64,000 nt of DNA from an uncultured Candidatus Binatia bacterium (GTDB taxonomy: Bacteria; Desulfobacterota; Binatia; Bin18). A model generated the notes under the pieces. That model worked only from the letters and a program-made list of their open reading frames with translations, made no database searches and was not told where the DNA came from. The stretch covers positions 1,668,749 through 1,732,748 of the forward strand of contig OZ241332.1 of assembly GCA_965200125.1 (NCBI GenBank), read 5' to 3'. Below are positions 63,554-64,000 of this stretch, piece by piece. A program made the translations under genes and the position numbers. Each line of letters begins with the position of its first letter. Positions within the stretch are counted from its first letter, which is position 1.

Positions 63554-64000
63554 TTATTGGCCAATAGGTGCCCCCGCGTTTTCGTCCCGATAGCGAGACG
63601 GGCACGAGTCCACGGGAGGCTCCGCCACGGCGAGTTGCCGCCGGGTCAAGCCGTGTGTCTGCGACAGATCCACGCCCGTAAGATTCGCTCCCGCCAAGTC
63701 CGCCTCGGACACGTCCGCGCGATGTAACGCGCTGCCGGACAGATTGGCGCCGCGCAGGACAGTATAGCGCAGGTCGGCGCCCGTCAGGTCGGCCCCGCGC
63801 AGGTCCATCCCCTCCAGGTCCGCGCCGGCCAGCCCGGCGTCGCGCAGGTCAGCGCCGGCCAGACTCACGACCTTGCCGCGGTCGTTCAGAAGGTCCCACA
63901 CCAGCCGCCACTTGGCGTCCAGTTTGGTGTCCTCGTCGATCCGAGCGCCGGACAACTCGGCGCCCGCCAGCACGGCGTCGGTCAGGTCCGCACCTGAGAG
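63554..64000 (-). CDS. pentapeptide-repeat protein (5' end beyond window)
   Basis: Tandem A(D/N)L(x)x pentapeptides (ADLRDAGLAGADLEGMDLRGADLTGADL). Confidence 0.7.
   Translation of the reverse strand, partial: LSGADLTDAVLAGAELSGARIDEDTKLDAKWRLVWDLLNDRGKVVSLAGADLRDAGLAGADLEGMDLRGADLTGADLRYTVLRGANLSGSALHRADVSEADLAGANLTGVDLSQTHGLTRRQLAVAEPPVDSCPSRYRDENAGAPIGQ

Overview
This is a high-GC (about 65-70%) chromosomal window from a diderm bacterium, judged from lpxD, mlaEFDAC and asmA. Coding density is high, and many genes are translationally coupled through ATGA overlaps. Left to right, the window holds the following on the indicated strands.

F420 and central metabolism: a 3' part of cofH, then cofD and cofE; fbp and a class-I FBA.

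Polyprenyl-phosphate-sugar glycosylation operon (minus strand): a GT-C membrane glycosyltransferase (frameshifted), a secreted protein, a Dpm1-like GT2, a small protein and a second GT2.

Core housekeeping and transport: tRNA-Arg(UCG); cysS; acs; a DHH phosphoesterase; mlaEFDAC.

Trehalose and stress-associated genes: a beta-PGM/trehalose-6-P phosphatase fusion plus a GH65 phosphorylase; a Zn-ADH; a low-GC hicBA pair; a HAD hydrolase; asmA; a SnoaL-like protein; a tandem-PAS protein; lpxD; hisG.

Respiration: a coxMNOP-like aa3 oxidase cluster (coxB, coxA, ctaA, ctaB, two subunit-III homologues, subunit IV) with a divergent 4x[4Fe-4S] ferredoxin.

tRNA-Arg(CCG) and glycan island: tRNA-Arg(CCG) is followed by rfbBDAC and a strongly low-GC accessory island (about 44.1-50.1 kb).

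From the island through a cluster of palindromic MITE/REP-like elements: the island carries a degenerate DUF4143 ATPase remnant, a 1172-aa fusion protein (sulfotransferase, coiled-coil tandem repeat, GT2, second GT-A-like domain) and a CBM-less Wzt/Wzm exporter. vapBC and an amidohydrolase follow, then a dense cluster of palindromic MITE/REP-like elements.

Distal region to the window end: a fatty-acid desaturase interrupted by an in-frame TAG; an alpha/beta hydrolase; a DOPA-dioxygenase-like protein; a beta-lactamase-family protein; an LLM oxidoreductase; an epoxide hydrolase. A segmental duplication follows, giving two paralogous 721-aa GT-C-like membrane proteins, the second preceded by a copied 3' fragment of the beta-lactamase gene. 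A pentapeptide-repeat gene is cut by the window end.

The most unusual system is the island-encoded sulfotransferase/coiled-coil/GT fusion with a Wzm/Wzt exporter. It looks like an undescribed WbbB/WbdD-type glycan polymerase and terminator in which sulfation would be the chain-terminating modification and a perfectly repeated 14-aa heptad array the molecular ruler.
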